A DNA stretch of 64,000 nt, taken from NCBI RefSeq assembly GCF_006345805.1, contig NC_043008.1, positions 36,084,001-36,148,000 of the forward strand, read 5' to 3'. Shown here in pieces: positions 1-11,921 of the stretch. Position 1 is the first letter of the stretch. Each line of letters starts with the position of its first letter. Source of the stretch: Octopus sinensis (lineage: Eukaryota). The notes under the pieces were generated by a model. The model saw only the letters and a program-made list of their open reading frames with translations, ran no database searches and had not been told where the DNA came from. A program made the position numbers and the translations under genes.

Positions 1-376
1 TGGAATAGAACTTAACTATAGATACATCAGTGGAACCAAGCGTCGGTGTGTATGCACTTACTAATGTAGCATATTTTTCCAGATCAATTGGGATTTGCAA
101 TAACATAACACAATCATTAATTCCATTTAGAAAGGATTCTAATTTATGTACACTATCATTACTAATAGCAAAACCCACACCAGACACCCTTTTTTCTGCC
201 TCAGATTTACCAATCAAGAAGAAAGCATACCCTCCAACTACTTCATTTAGCTGACCAGAATCTAGTTGCCTTGTCTCTGAAAGAGCAGCAATACTAACAT
301 TTTTGCTTCTCAAAAAGTGCTGAGGATGTTTCTTGTAGTCCTGAAGTATGCATGCATTCCAAGTTGCTATACTCAT
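1..376 (-). mobile_element. RTE-clade LINE, N-terminal APE endonuclease fragment (runs off window start)
   Basis: Hand translation from ATG at 376, open to base 1: MSIATWNAC...VSIAALSETR...GYAFFLIGK...SGVGFAI...ATLVSAYTPT; matches APE motifs of RTE LINEs. Confidence 0.8.
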
Positions 377-1074
377 ATCTGCTTCTCTATCCTTTTTTCT
401 TTGTCTTCTCATATTTTTTTGACTGCATGGTTGAAAGTGCAAAGTTCAAGCTAAAGGTCCCCAGTGACTTCCTCTACATGTCCCCTTTGTTATCACTTCA
501 TCACTATAAGATTTGATTTGTCCTCATGTCACTGAATGACTTGCACTATGAGTTTGCTTAAAGTGGAATTTGCTTGTACTAAAAACCCACTCTCTCCACC
601 TAGAAATCATAACCTGTACTGGTGCACAGTGTGCCACTTGTCAGCTGCAGACCAGGTCACAAACCAAGTAGTGATGGTATGGGTTGAGAGTTGGTAGCTC
701 AACACACACACAAACACATATTTACAAAGAATATAAAATATAACAAATATATATGTATAAATAAAAAAAAAACATATACATACATATAAATATGTAAAAA
801 ATATACTATAGAATTTAAAAATGTAAATGAATAATAATATATAATACATGTACATATGTACAACATTGCTGGATACTAACTGATAACCACTAACTTTTAT
901 CATGTGAATTTAGTTTCAGTTTGGATTTTTGGCTCCAAAACCCCTAAAAACAAACCTTGAGAGCTGAAATTTTCATGTTGTAGCTTCGACATAGAACTTT
1001 CCAAAAAGGTATAGCATGCCAAGATCAGATGATGACCAAGGTGTACTACTCTGGCTGGGCCTTCTCCATTGCCT

Positions 1075-2335
1075 CAATGTGATGCTGGTTGCCCTTCATA
1101 ACATCAGCCTCTCAAAGTTACCATCTGACAGGGTGGCTCTCTTGGCCCTCAAAATATCTTTACCTAAGAGAATAGGAGCTCAGCTGCAGCACTGGATGGG
1201 ATGGTGGTGTTATACTTGGTAAAAAGTTTGATCAAGACCCGCTCACTCAAAAATGTGACTTCAGTCAGCACCTCCTACAAGTTCTGTGCCTTGGATTTCA
1301 GTGACCTGTGGCTCCTGATCTCCCAGAATCGGGTTACTGAAGAAATCATCTTCCTCATCCTCATTGCTGGTGGTGCTGAGGCCCTCCTCCATTAGGAGTG
1401 TCTCTACAATGGTCTCCATGGCGTTCATTACTCTGCTAACTTGGCTGTTATTATACAGCTCCAACCAGAACAGGTGAAACTTGGGGTGGAAGGCAGTGGC
1501 CTGCTGGCACTCCAGGTCTTCTAAGGAAAGAGTCCAAAACTTTTTGTGATGCCTGCTAGTATCGTGTCTACTAGAGGACTGCAGTACAGGAAGATATTTG
1601 AACTTGGTGTCCTTCATCTTCATGACGGTAGCCACTACAGTTGGCAGAAGGAACCTAAGATAAGCCTGGTCCTCCCACTTGATTTTATCCAAAGCCTTGG
1701 CAACATTAGATATCACCTGGGTGTACTCAGTCAGGAAGCTGATATCAGAATCAGTGAAGGTCTGCAGCTTCAGCTGTGTCATTACCTTGTGGGGAGTTCC
1801 CCTATTCTTCTCCAGCAGGTTGTTGAGGACAACAACGGAGTCATAAGTAGAATTCCATCTGGAACTGTTGGGGATCACCAGCCACCTCTTCAACGCATCC
1901 AGAATGCTGTCTGCTGCCATTCTGTTGTGGCTCTGCAGATTCCACAGCTGCTGTGCCTTGGACATAGCCTTCCAGTAGGCTGACTTGAACAAAGCACTGT
2001 CAAGAGTCGTGTCAGCATCCGCACTGGCCACTAAGTTGAAGGCATAGACTGTGCACTACAGGTTTAGGCCCAGGCTGCTGGACTCATCAAGGATGGCCTT
2101 CAACAGAGATGTACTCAACTTTGTCTACATATCCAGCCTCAGGATTCACATCCTCAACACCCTCCATGTCCTGATCAGCAACAGCCTCAGGAATGTCTGG
2201 CAAGAGTTCAACTTCTGTACCAAACTGCATAAATGCCTTAACAAAGATTTTACCATTGTCTGTTGTGGTCTTGGTCACCTTGTCTTGCAGATGGAACTTA
2301 TAATGGATGTCCACCATAGTCTGGGTAAGAGCTGA
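1075..2335 (-). pseudogene. hAT transposase pseudogene (frameshifted)
   Basis: TTTDNGKIFVKAF (catalytic D region), SRWNSTY, ALDKIKWEDQAYLRFLLPT, AFHPKFHLFWL, and a shifted dimerisation domain LFTKYNTTIPSSAAAELLFS/GKDILRAKRATLSDGNFERL. Confidence 0.9.
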
Positions 2336-2770
2336 GTCAAGTGAAATCATTGTCGTGGATGATGCCAATACTGCCTGACTGGCACCTGTGCTGGTGGCAA
2401 GTAAAAAGCACCATACGAGCGTCGTCAATGCCAGTGATGGCTGATTAGTCCTGCGCCGGTGGCATGTAAAAAGCACCATTTGAGTGTGGTTGTTGCCAGT
2501 GCTGACTTACTGGCTCCGGTGCTGCTGGCATGTAAAAAGCACCATTCGAGCATGGTGGATGCCAGTGCCAACTGACTGCCCCCCCCCCCTATGACAGTGG
2601 CATGTAAAAAGCACCCACAACACTCTTGGAGTGGTTGGCATTAGGAAGGGCATCCAGCTGTAGAAATCCAGATTGGAGCCTGGTGCAGCTTCTTGGCTTG
2701 CCAATCCTCAGTCAAACCGTCCAATCCATGCCAGCAGGGAAAGCGGACATTAAATGATGACGATGATGAC
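2333..2770 (+). mobile_element. RTE LINE 3'UTR fragment with 60-70 bp subrepeats and (GAT)n tail
   Basis: Reiterated GTAAAAAGCACC units, GTTGGCATTAGGAAGGGCATCCAG core, CCATGCCAGC..GGAAAGCGGACATTAAATGATG end; same family is joined to RTE ORF C-termini at 26.5-27.1 kb and 33.5-36.4 kb. Confidence 0.8.
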
Positions 2771-3053
2771 CACCAAAGTTAGCAAAATGCTAATCTGCTA
2801 AACGAAAAGTTAGCTTTACTAATTAACTGTTAGTGGATTAGCGGAATCATGCCCACCACTGTGTATATATACAGTGGTGAAGCAAAGTAACACCAAATAT
2901 ATAGCATGTGTGTTTTTATTTTTATTGGCTAAACTGGCAAAATGACCATTCCTAAATACAATAATATCTGTTTCAACACACAATTTCACATCAAAAATCT
3001 TGCAAAACAAATATATAAACGTATATATATATATATATATGAAGGACTCTCCT

Positions 3054-3332
3054 GTCAAAGACAACATATGAACATCCAGCTTTTGCCAAACAACCTGCAT
3101 AAATGATTTGATTATAGTGAGCAAATGCTCGTGTTGCACATTAGCCCACTCTCTCCACCAAATCGACATTGTCTGAGCAGATGCATGGTGTACCATGAGT
3201 CAAGTGTTGAAGTGATTGCAGAGCAACATGAGATGAAGTGTTTTGCTCAAGAACTCAACACAGTCTAAGAACTGAAATCATGATTGCTAGATCATGAGTG
3301 CAACACCCTAACCACTAGGCCATGTGCCCTCA
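3054..3332 (-). mobile_element. tRNA-derived SINE
   Basis: Head GGCACATGGCCTAGTGGTTAGGGTG (A box), CTTGAGCAAAACACTT core; homologous copy at 49840-50135. Confidence 0.7.
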
Positions 3333-3337
3333 CATAA

Positions 3338-3368
<31 letters not shown>

Positions 3369-3605
3369 TGTATGTGTGTATGTATGTATGTATGTATGAA
3401 TGTATGTAAGTATGTATGAATGTATGTAAGTATGTATGTATGTATTAATGCATGTATGCATGCATTTATGTATGTATGTATGTATGTATGTATGTATGTA
3501 TGTATGTATGTATGCATGCATGTGTGTATGTATGTATGTATGTATGAATGTATGTAAGTATGTATGTATGTATGTATGTATGCATGCATGTATGTATGTA
3601 TGTAT
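3338..3605. repeat. (TATG)n microsatellite
   Basis: Direct inspection; explains the YIHT/MYVC ORFs. Confidence 0.95.
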
Positions 3606-3611
3606 AGTTCT

Positions 3612-3925
3612 ATATTTAAGAGATGAGGAATTATGTACATTATTTACATTTGATGGATATTAAGGAAAGACAGGAAAATATTAGATTTATAAGCCCTAAA
3701 ATTTACTCCATAATTGCCCATGGGCATATGGCGTAGTGGTTAAGAGTGCCGGCTACTTCCGAGTTCAATTCCAGACAGTGACCTTAATAATATTGATAAC
3801 ATCGAAAATACCTTAGGTTTGAAATTTCCCCAAAACACCTGATGAAGGTGGAGGGTATATCAGCCAGAACGTTGTGTTAACAACAAACAAGATGAGGACA
3901 AATATCCGTCAAATGTAAATATTGT
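3612..3925 (+). mobile_element. Penelope-like non-autonomous element with tRNA-like segment, hammerhead motif and inverted 3'-end copy
   Basis: A box TGGCGTAGTGG and B box GAGTTCAATTCC at 3722-3784; hammerhead-like motif 3834-3878; 3635-3660 is the reverse complement of 3901-3926; homologue at 42005-42251. Confidence 0.65.
3834..3878 (+). ncRNA. Degenerate minimal type I hammerhead ribozyme motif
   Basis: AACAC-CTGATGA-AGGTG..CAGCC-AGAACGTT-GTGTT; stem I AACAC/GTGTT intact, GAAA core mutated to AGAA, one base lost in stem II. Confidence 0.55.
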
Positions 3926-3944
3926 ATGTATGTACGTATGTATA

Positions 3945-4250
3945 GTGAAGGTATGAGGTTTAGTGGTTAAGATATTCAGCCCTCAATTGTAAGGTCCTGA
4001 GATCAATTCACAGCTGCGTGTTGTGTCTTTAAGCAAGACACACTATTTCACATTGCTCCTGCAGTCCACTCAACTGGCAAAAATGAATTATACCTGTAAT
4101 TCAAAAGGGCCCAGCCTTGTTACATTCTGTGCCATGCTGAATCTTCCTGACAACTACGTTAAGGGTATACGATTCTGTGGAGTGCCACTTGTACATTTAA
4201 TTTCACAAGCAGGCTGTTGATTGGATCAACTGGAACCTTCATTATCGTAT
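3945..4250 (+). mobile_element. tRNA-derived SINE
   Basis: A-box-like TTTAGTGGTTAAG head and TGTGTCTTTAAGCAAGACAC core; homologue at 59635-59960. Confidence 0.7.
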
Positions 4251-4430
4251 AGGTGCAAGCATGGCTAGGTGGGTAAGAAGTTAATTTCCCAACTGCATGG
4301 TTTTAGGTTCAGCCCTACTGCATGGCACTTTGGGCAAGTGTCCACTACTACCGCCTCAGGCTAACCAAAGCCTTGTGAATGAATTTAGTAGATGGAAACT
4401 AAAGATCCATCATGTGTATATGTGTGTGTG
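4251..4430 (+). mobile_element. SINE family B head (degenerate)
   Basis: Similar to the GGCTGTGTGGTAAG..GGTTCAGTCCCACTG..GGGCAAGTGTC..CAAAGCCTTGTGAGTGGATTTGGTAG head seen throughout the window. Confidence 0.7.
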
Positions 4431-5850
4431 AAAGTGCTTGTTTCTCTTAGCTATGTTTGAGGTTGACTTCAATTTTTGTGCAACTGGGTTTGATTAAATA
4501 TAGAACAGGTGCTAAATGAGCATTTAAATTTGATAAATATTGATTTTTTACTTTGGCACAAAGCCATAAAATGGTAGGGAAGGAGTTAATTGATTGAATT
4601 AATGCCATAACTACTGCTTATTGCATCAACCTCCGGAAGAATAAAAAAGCTAATTGATGAGGATGACAATGACAGAGAAAAGTGAATGTACAAATGAATA
4701 AACATATTAAGAAGCGTGAATTTCATGTATCTATGAAATAATAGTATTTTTTCTGTTTTAAGAAATTTTAAAGGATTATTTTGGCAACAAATTGGCAGAG
4801 CTTTTAAAACATCAGATGGAATATCTTGTGGTATTTGTTTTGAACCTCTTTGTTCTGAGTTCATATCCTGCCAAATCCCATTTTGCCTTCTGTTCTTTCA
4901 GAGTTGATAAAATGATGATTGATGAAACTATAAGAACGCCAGAATGGATTCCTTGTAGTATTTGTTTTGGTTCTTTGCATTCTGAGTTCCAATCCCAACA
5001 TGGCTTACTTGGATGATAGACTTAATCTATCTTATGGTTTAAGACCAATACTTGGCATCTTGGGTGCCTTTAACAAAGTATGCTTTGTTACAAGCATTCA
5101 GGTCACATCTTTGGTTTGTGGGTACTACTTTCAATCTCACCCTTCAACTAGTCCTGGAGGCTCTGAAAAGAGTTATGCTTTTCCTTCTCATAATCCATGT
5201 AGAATCATAAGTACACCATTAAAATGATTCTTGAATAATTCTTATAAGGCCTGAAATTTTGTGGGGAGAAGTCTAGTTGATTACATTGATCCAGGGTTCA
5301 ACAAATAATTATTTTATTGACCTCAAAAGAACAAACAACAAAGTCAACATTGGTGGAATTTGGACTCAGAACATAAAGCTGGAAGAAATGTTGTAAAGCA
5401 TTTCGTCTGGCTAATGATTCTGACAGTATTCCACCTTGTGGCTATTGAATAATAACCAGACTTGTGATAATCATTCCATTGGGTAGATATCTACCCAAAA
5501 TTGCAGAATAACAGGGTACATGTTCTTTTTACCCCCCCCCCCTCCCCCCCAAAAAAACAATGGGATAAACCAGGACACATCCCAGCAGCAGAACCTGCCT
5601 TAGGGCCTCTGGTATCTGAGCAAACTGAACTCCGGTGTCCTTACAAGAACAGCTTTTTAAATTTTTCACTCGGAGGAAAAACTTGTAGAAATAGCATGAT
5701 TAGTATAATACAGAAGCTAAAATGAAAAGATGGAACACAGCAAGAAGAGTTCATATCCAGTCATGACTAAGAGAGAGAGACAGAGAAACAGCCAGACAGA
5801 TAGACAGAAAGTAACTAGTTTACTAACAATAATCTCAACACTTTTAATTT

Positions 5851-6231
5851 TCATATATAAAAGAGAGGTTGTGTGTCTGTCTCCTACGATTTAGATTCCT
5901 AACTACTCCCACATTTTGCGGTGCAGTTTAACCAAAACCGGGTATCTTATAGTCGTGATTCTGGGTATTAGCGCGCGTCTACGATGAGTCTACGATTTAA
6001 AAAAAAATTTACCATCATATTTTTCCATTTTAATGCATTTTTTTCGCTATTATATAAGGGAAGTAACTCTCTAAAAATGTCTATGATGAGTCAACGATTT
6101 AAAAAAAAACTTACCATAATTTTGTTTCCATTTTTAATGCATTTTTTGCTATTTTTTGGCTATAACTCTCTAAAAATGCTTATATAGTTATTTCCCTTAC
6201 AAACCCGAGCAACGCCGGGCGATACTGCTAG
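5851..6231 (+). mobile_element. Non-autonomous Helitron
   Basis: 5' TC-ATATATAAAAG start; 3' hairpin CCCGAGCAACGCCGGG (6204-6219) then CTAG|T at 6228-6232; internal duplication of about 100 bp. Confidence 0.8.
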
Positions 6232-6839
6232 TTACAAATAAATCAGAAGTGGAGGATTAGCAGAAGAAAGTCTGAAGAATGCTCTTAATCTCATGTAGAT
6301 GTAATAATTTTCCCTCAATAAATTAAATAATGGGAACATTAAGAACAGATGCTGAAAACACTTATAATAACATTACTAAAACATTTTTCTGTTCAGATGT
6401 TTTCATTGCAATTACTGTGACTTTTTTTTACAGTCTCATTTTCTATTGACAAAATTGCCAAAGAATTTTAATCTTTCTTAAATTGTGGACAACCATTAGT
6501 AAATATGTTTGCTTTATAGTTTAATTCCTGCAGCCGTGTGAAAGTTTCTGTTTCCTGTAGCTACAGTAATGGGTAGCCACATGACATAGCAACCTGTAAC
6601 CCATGAGGTCCTGGGCAACTGACTGAACTGAGAGGCCTACTGCTAGCCTGTGACCACCAACAAAAAGAAGAACAACAATTTTGTTTCTTATCTTCTTTGC
6701 TGTGGCCACCAAAGAACCTCAAGACAGTCAATGAAACACAATGGAGTATGAGGCTTTTTGGTACAGTTATTTTGGTGCCATCTATTTGGTATTGCTGGTT
6801 CAGTATTGATTTATTTCACATCAGACATTTTAATATTCC

Positions 6840-6846
6840 TCTCTTT

Positions 6847-6929
<83 letters not shown>

Positions 6930-6955
6930 ATCTTTGTCTCTGTCTCTGTCTCTGT
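6840..6955. repeat. (CT)n microsatellite
   Basis: Direct inspection. Confidence 0.95.
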
Positions 6956-6976
6956 GAATATATTTCCCTATGTGTA

Positions 6977-7612
6977 TAGGGAACTAGAGGATGTAGCCGA
7001 GTTTACGTATTTAGGTAGTAAGATAATGTTTTCAGGCTGCACTGACAAAGATATTAAGACGAGAATAAGAAAGGCAAGGACCGCTTTTCACCTGTTAAAG
7101 AAAGTATGGAGTGCAAGTGTAATTTCAATAAAGAACAAAATAAGAATTTCTAACACTAACATAAAAGTGGTGTTATTGTATGGGGCTGAGACATGGCGAA
7201 CAACAGTTAAGCCAAATAAGCAAATACAATCATTCATCAACAGATGCTTGTGTAGTATACTTAAAATTAGATGGCCCGAACACATAAGCAATATGGAGCT
7301 AAGGCAAAGAACAAATCAAGTTTCAATTAGGGAGCAAATATTTAAGAAAAAGTGGAAGTGGATTGGTAGCACAATTAGAAAAGACACACAAAATGTAGCG
7401 AAAAGTGCTTTACAGTGGAATCTGGATGGATATAGAAAGAAAGGTAGGCCTAAGAACTCGTGGTGGAGATCAACACAAAAGGAACTAGAGAAAGTGGGAC
7501 ATTCATGGCAGAGTATAAATACAGAAGCCAAAAATTATGTGACATGGAATTCAACTATAAGTGGCCTATACTCCGCGTTGGAGGGTTAAAGGCATAAAGA
7601 AGAAGAATGTGT
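6977..7612 (+). mobile_element. 5'-truncated RTE/BovB-like LINE 3' end (post-RT ORF C-terminus)
   Basis: ORF 6954-7589: EFTYLGS..DIKTRIRKARTAF..LLYGAETW..KWKWIG..GRPKNSWWR..; short (GAA)n tail after the stop. Confidence 0.9.
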
Positions 7613-8089
7613 ATAAGAAGAGGGAAAGTCTTCCTGTCAATTGTAATCAATTAATATATTTTAATGTCACTCTTTCCCTCCATCATTCTCTGTCTGTCTC
7701 TCTAATTCTTTTTATCTGTATGTGTGTATTTCTGCACTTGTGTGTGCATGTGTGTGTGTGTGTTTGTTTGTGTGTATGTGTCTGTGTCTATATGCATGTG
7801 TTTGCCTTTAGTGACAACAATTATTATTGCCAAGACAGATGGAATGTTCAGTCAGTCGTGCCATATTACCAGTGCCCAAACAGCTGGTCCCAGTCATCTC
7901 ATCCCACGCACAATTTTCCCCTGACTGTCCCACTGCATCTACATTTGTTAAATCACTACATGTTGGAACATGCAGTCTTCTTCTTTAGGTACCATCCCCA
8001 GAATGTTGAACATAGACAATCATGTCCTTCCATATTTTTCTGTTATTTGTTTACTGTTATAGTTCCACTCCCCGATGTTTAATGCCCCT

Positions 8090-8740
8090 TTATTCCAATC
8101 AGTTCATCAAACTTGGCATCCATATCATCCTTCTCCTTTCTCTGCTTCATTTCCCTTCAATCTTTCCAGTCATTGCTAGATTCTCCAGGCTCCCTTTCTT
8201 CGCTATGTGACTAAGAAATCTCAGTTGCTTGGTCCTTATCTCACAAAGCCCAGGGGTTACCACTTCTTCATTAGACTCTTTGTCTGTCCATGTTATCCTC
8301 AATATTCCCCTTAAGAACTATATCCCACAGCTCTCCAAGAGCCTTCCCCTTTCTTATGTTATAGTCCATGCCTCACTTCCATACATTAACATAGTGTAAA
8401 CACAGCAGCTCAATACACGGATCCTAGTCTTGATGCTCAGAGTATGGTTTCTCAAGATGTCATACAATTTTGAAAATGCAGATTTTGCCAGCACTATCCA
8501 TCTTTTAATCTCCTTTATACATTCTTGATTCTTCTGTAATCAAAGTTCCAAAGTAGCTGAAGGATGATACCTGCTTAATGGTTTAATTGTTCGCTTTCAG
8601 CATGCACTTTGAGCTTCCCTTCTTTAGTCCCCACCACACACTTTGCCTCCTTGCAATTTATGAACAGGCCCTTCTTCAAACTTTCTGTCACTTTGTGAGA
8701 GAAAGAAACATGCACTATGGTCTTCAAATGTGTTGAGGCG
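8090..8740 (-). mobile_element. Degenerate RTE LINE RT/C-terminal fragment
   Basis: Broken frames read GLFINCKEAK.., QVSSFSYFGTLIT, LMYGSEAWTIT, ILRITWTDK, KQLRFLSHI, GKIEGK. Confidence 0.75.
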
Positions 8741-8829
8741 TTGTATGACTTATCAGGAGAATTGGATTTGTGAATATAGGTGAAAAACAAGCAGGATCAT
8801 TAGTGTTAGACAAAGTGTCATGCAATATT

Positions 8830-9306
8830 TGTTATTTCTTTATTGCCCACAAGGGGCTAAACATAGAGGGGACAAACAAAGACAGACAAAGGGATTAAGT
8901 CGATTACATCGACCCCAGTGCATAACTGGTATTTAAATTTATCCACCCTGAAAGGATGTAAGGCAAAGTCAACCTTGGTGGAATTTGAACTCAGAACATA
9001 GTGGCAGACGAAATGCCTATTTCTTTACTACCCACAAGGGGTTAAACACAGAGAGGACAAACAAGGACAGACAAACGGATTAAGTCAATTATATCGACCC
9101 CAGTGCATAACTGGTACTTATTTAATCGACCCCAAAAGGATGAAAGGCAAAGTCGACCTTGGTGGAATTTGAACTCAGAACATAGTGGCAGACGAAATAC
9201 CGCTAAGCATTTCGCCCAGTGTGTTAACGTTTCTGCCCTCTGGGTTCTGAGTCCAAATTCTACCAAGGCCAACTTTGCCTTTCATCTGTTTTGGGGGTTG
9301 ATAAAG
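8830..9306 (-). mobile_element. Two tandem SINE family A copies plus an inverted fragment
   Basis: Copies at about 8830-9020 and 9021-9237 (minus) match the family A consensus GTTCTGAGTTCAAATTCC..GGTCGACTTTGCCTTTCATCC..; plus-strand piece at 9240-9306. Confidence 0.85.
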
Positions 9307-9761
9307 TAAAACATGGTTCTAAAGTTAAAGAGTGATGAAATTGTTAGAATACTGGACAAAGTGTCTTGTTGTACCTCGCAACAGTGACTGGTCCATAACC
9401 TGTGATAGTGACTGGTCTACCATACACACATAAATGATCTGTAAGTCTCATGAAAACTTCTTTTACATCCCTGTGAATTCATGAAAAATTCAGAGCCTTA
9501 CATGCCACCTCATGATATCTAATTAATGCTCACTAATCTGTGTACCACTTCATGGTACCTGTTTGCAGTTCAGATTGTCTGAGTCAAGTATTTATGAGAA
9601 AATGTGTTTGATAATATGTATGTATGCAGGTTGGTGTATATGTATGTTAGTGTGATGTGGTTTATGTGTGTGAGAGTGTATATGATTATATGTGTGTATG
9701 TGTGTATGGGGGTGGGATGCAGATGTGTGTTTGAAAATATGAATAATTTGTGTCAGTGTTT

Positions 9762-9808
<47 letters not shown>

Positions 9809-9884
9809 ACTTGAGACTGTGAATATGTATGCATGTGTATGCATTCATATTTGACAGAGAAGGAAATAGCGGGATGGAGAAGAA

Positions 9885-9931
<47 letters not shown>

Positions 9932-10269
9932 TATGAGTAGTTTAGTTATAATTACTGATATCTAATTAATCTAAAATAATTAAGTTACTCAGACTTCCAT
10001 GTTATTTTATATATAATGTTTCTACAGGGAAAGGTAAATTAACAGAGGAAAGCAAAATGAAATCATAACATTGAATCTTTCTACAAGGATGAGAAATTCT
10101 ATGTTGCTGTTTCAGCTATCCATATGGTGGAAACATGTGGAACATGATGAGACAAATCTAGAAAAGAACTGTTTATGCAAAAGCACAAACAGTGGCATAG
10201 AACCTCATAAGCTGAACATGGGCCATATGTATATACATGTGTATATGGATGTGCATCTTTTATTTTTTA

Positions 10270-10420
10270 GTTGAACAAATCAACCTCAGGTCTTATTCTT
10301 TGTAAGCCTAATACTTATTCTATCAGTTTCTTTTGCCGAACTGCTAAGTCATGGGGATGTAAGTACACCAACATCAGTTGTCAAGTGATGGTGGGGGGAC
10401 AAACAGAGAGACACACACAA

Positions 10421-10511
<91 letters not shown>

Positions 10512-10700
10512 AATATATATGTATGTATATATGTATGTATGTATATGATAGGGCTTCTTTCAGTTTCCGTCTACCAAATCCACTCACAAGGCTTTGGTCG
10601 GCCTGAGGTTATAATAGAAGATACTTGCTGAAGATGCTGTGCAGTGGGACTGAACCCAGAACCATGTGGTTGGAAAGCAAGCTTCTTATGACATAGCTAT
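10270..10700 (-). mobile_element. SINE family B (tRNA head + internal microsatellite + body)
   Basis: Head and body match other copies; internal (CA)n/(TA)n expansion. Confidence 0.85.
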
Positions 10701-10729
10701 GCTTGTGCATGTGTATATGTATCGTTTAT

Positions 10730-11115
10730 CTTTTATATTTTACTTGTTTTAGTCATTAGACTGTGGCCATGCTGGAGCACTGCCTTGGAGAAATTTATCG
10801 TTGAATGAATTGACCCTAGTACTTATTTTTTTAAAGCCCAGTACTTAATCAATCAGCCGCTTTTGCCAAACTGCTAATTTGCAGGGACATAAACACACCA
10901 ACACCGATTATCAAGAGCTGGTGAGGTACAAAGACACACACATATATATATGAATATATCTAATATATATATATATGTAAATACACACAACAGGCTTCTT
11001 TCTGTTCTTATCTACTAAGTCCCAAGGCTTTGGTTGGCCCAAGGCTATAATTAAAAGACACTTGCCCAAGATGCCATGCAGTAGGACTGAATGCAGAACC
11101 ATGTGGTTGAGAAGC
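10730..11115 (-). mobile_element. SINE family B
   Basis: GGCCATGCTGGAGCAC body, CCAAGGCTTTGGTTGGCCC head segment. Confidence 0.8.
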
Positions 11116-11530
11116 AACTACATGTTTATTATATTACTCTCCAGATGTAAGTAAGAAAATCTACTCCAGTTACACTTTACCATTACCTTTTCTGTACAGC
11201 CAGTCATCACTTCCTCTCCTCTGAGTCACTAATGATAGTAAGTGGTAGTCTTATATACAAAATTACAGTATTTCATTGTATCTGTGACTGTTGTGGTTCT
11301 GAAATTGTTTTATTAGCTGGATGCTCTTCCTATTGCAAAATCACTTAAAAACTTTGACTGAATGTATTATATTGTTCCATAAGCATCAGTATCAAAGGTT
11401 GTTTGTCAAGTCTAAAGTGTTCTTCTCTCCTATGTAGTATTAGTTTTTATATAGAATTACTGCTGTGATCTCCTAGACCGGATGCCTTTTCTGCAAGCTG
11501 CCCCACTTCCATAAAGACTTTTATTCAGAA

Positions 11531-11921
11531 CTAGCAGTATCGCCTGGCATTGCTCGGGTTTGTTTCGACCCTTTAGAATTGGAATTTTTGAAAAGTAAAA
11601 GTTTTGCACTATGTTGCTTGTTATTCTCTTTAAGTGAACATTTTTCTGGTTGAAATACACCAAAAAAATGGCGACACAGCAGTAAAAAAATCGTAAAAAA
11701 TAGGGATTTTCATAGAAAAAAAGCACCTTTTTAATGTAAATAATTTTTGGTGTTAACATGTTCCAATTTGAATTTTATCTTCTACAGAATGAAGAGCAAG
11801 CCTTCTTCTATCATACTCTCAATTTTGGTCAACTTGCGCTGCAGGATCTCGGAGGAGAAAGTGTTAGTTGAAGGCTACCAAACCTGACATACACAGACAA
11901 CTTCAGCTTTACATATAGAGA
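11531..11921 (-). mobile_element. Non-autonomous Helitron
   Basis: On minus strand A|TC...CCCGAGCAATGCCAGGCGATACTGCTAG|T; canonical AT target and a 3' end shared with 5851-6231. Confidence 0.85.

Larger units (their letters stand above)
860..2861 (-). mobile_element. hAT DNA transposon remnant, internally deleted, with an RTE 3'UTR inserted
   Basis: Terminus CAGTGGTGGGC... with GCTAA-like subterminal repeats at 2770-2861 (minus); transposase motifs inside; opposite end near 860-950 is degenerate and its position is a guess. Confidence 0.7.

Noticed and set aside
1546-1983. 145-aa plus-strand ORF overlapping the hAT gene
   Set aside because: Antisense shadow of the transposase frame; no independent support.
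3722-3784. Genuine tRNA gene (and likewise the SINE heads)
   Set aside because: A and B boxes are present but the anticodon arm is truncated and the acceptor stem is imperfect; embedded in repeats, so treated as tRNA-derived.
4930-5230. R4/Dong N-terminal remnants here (minus) and at 52250-52600 (plus)
   Set aside because: Only short motif echoes (NQNKYYKE; IYGAA) among many stops; too weak to list as features.
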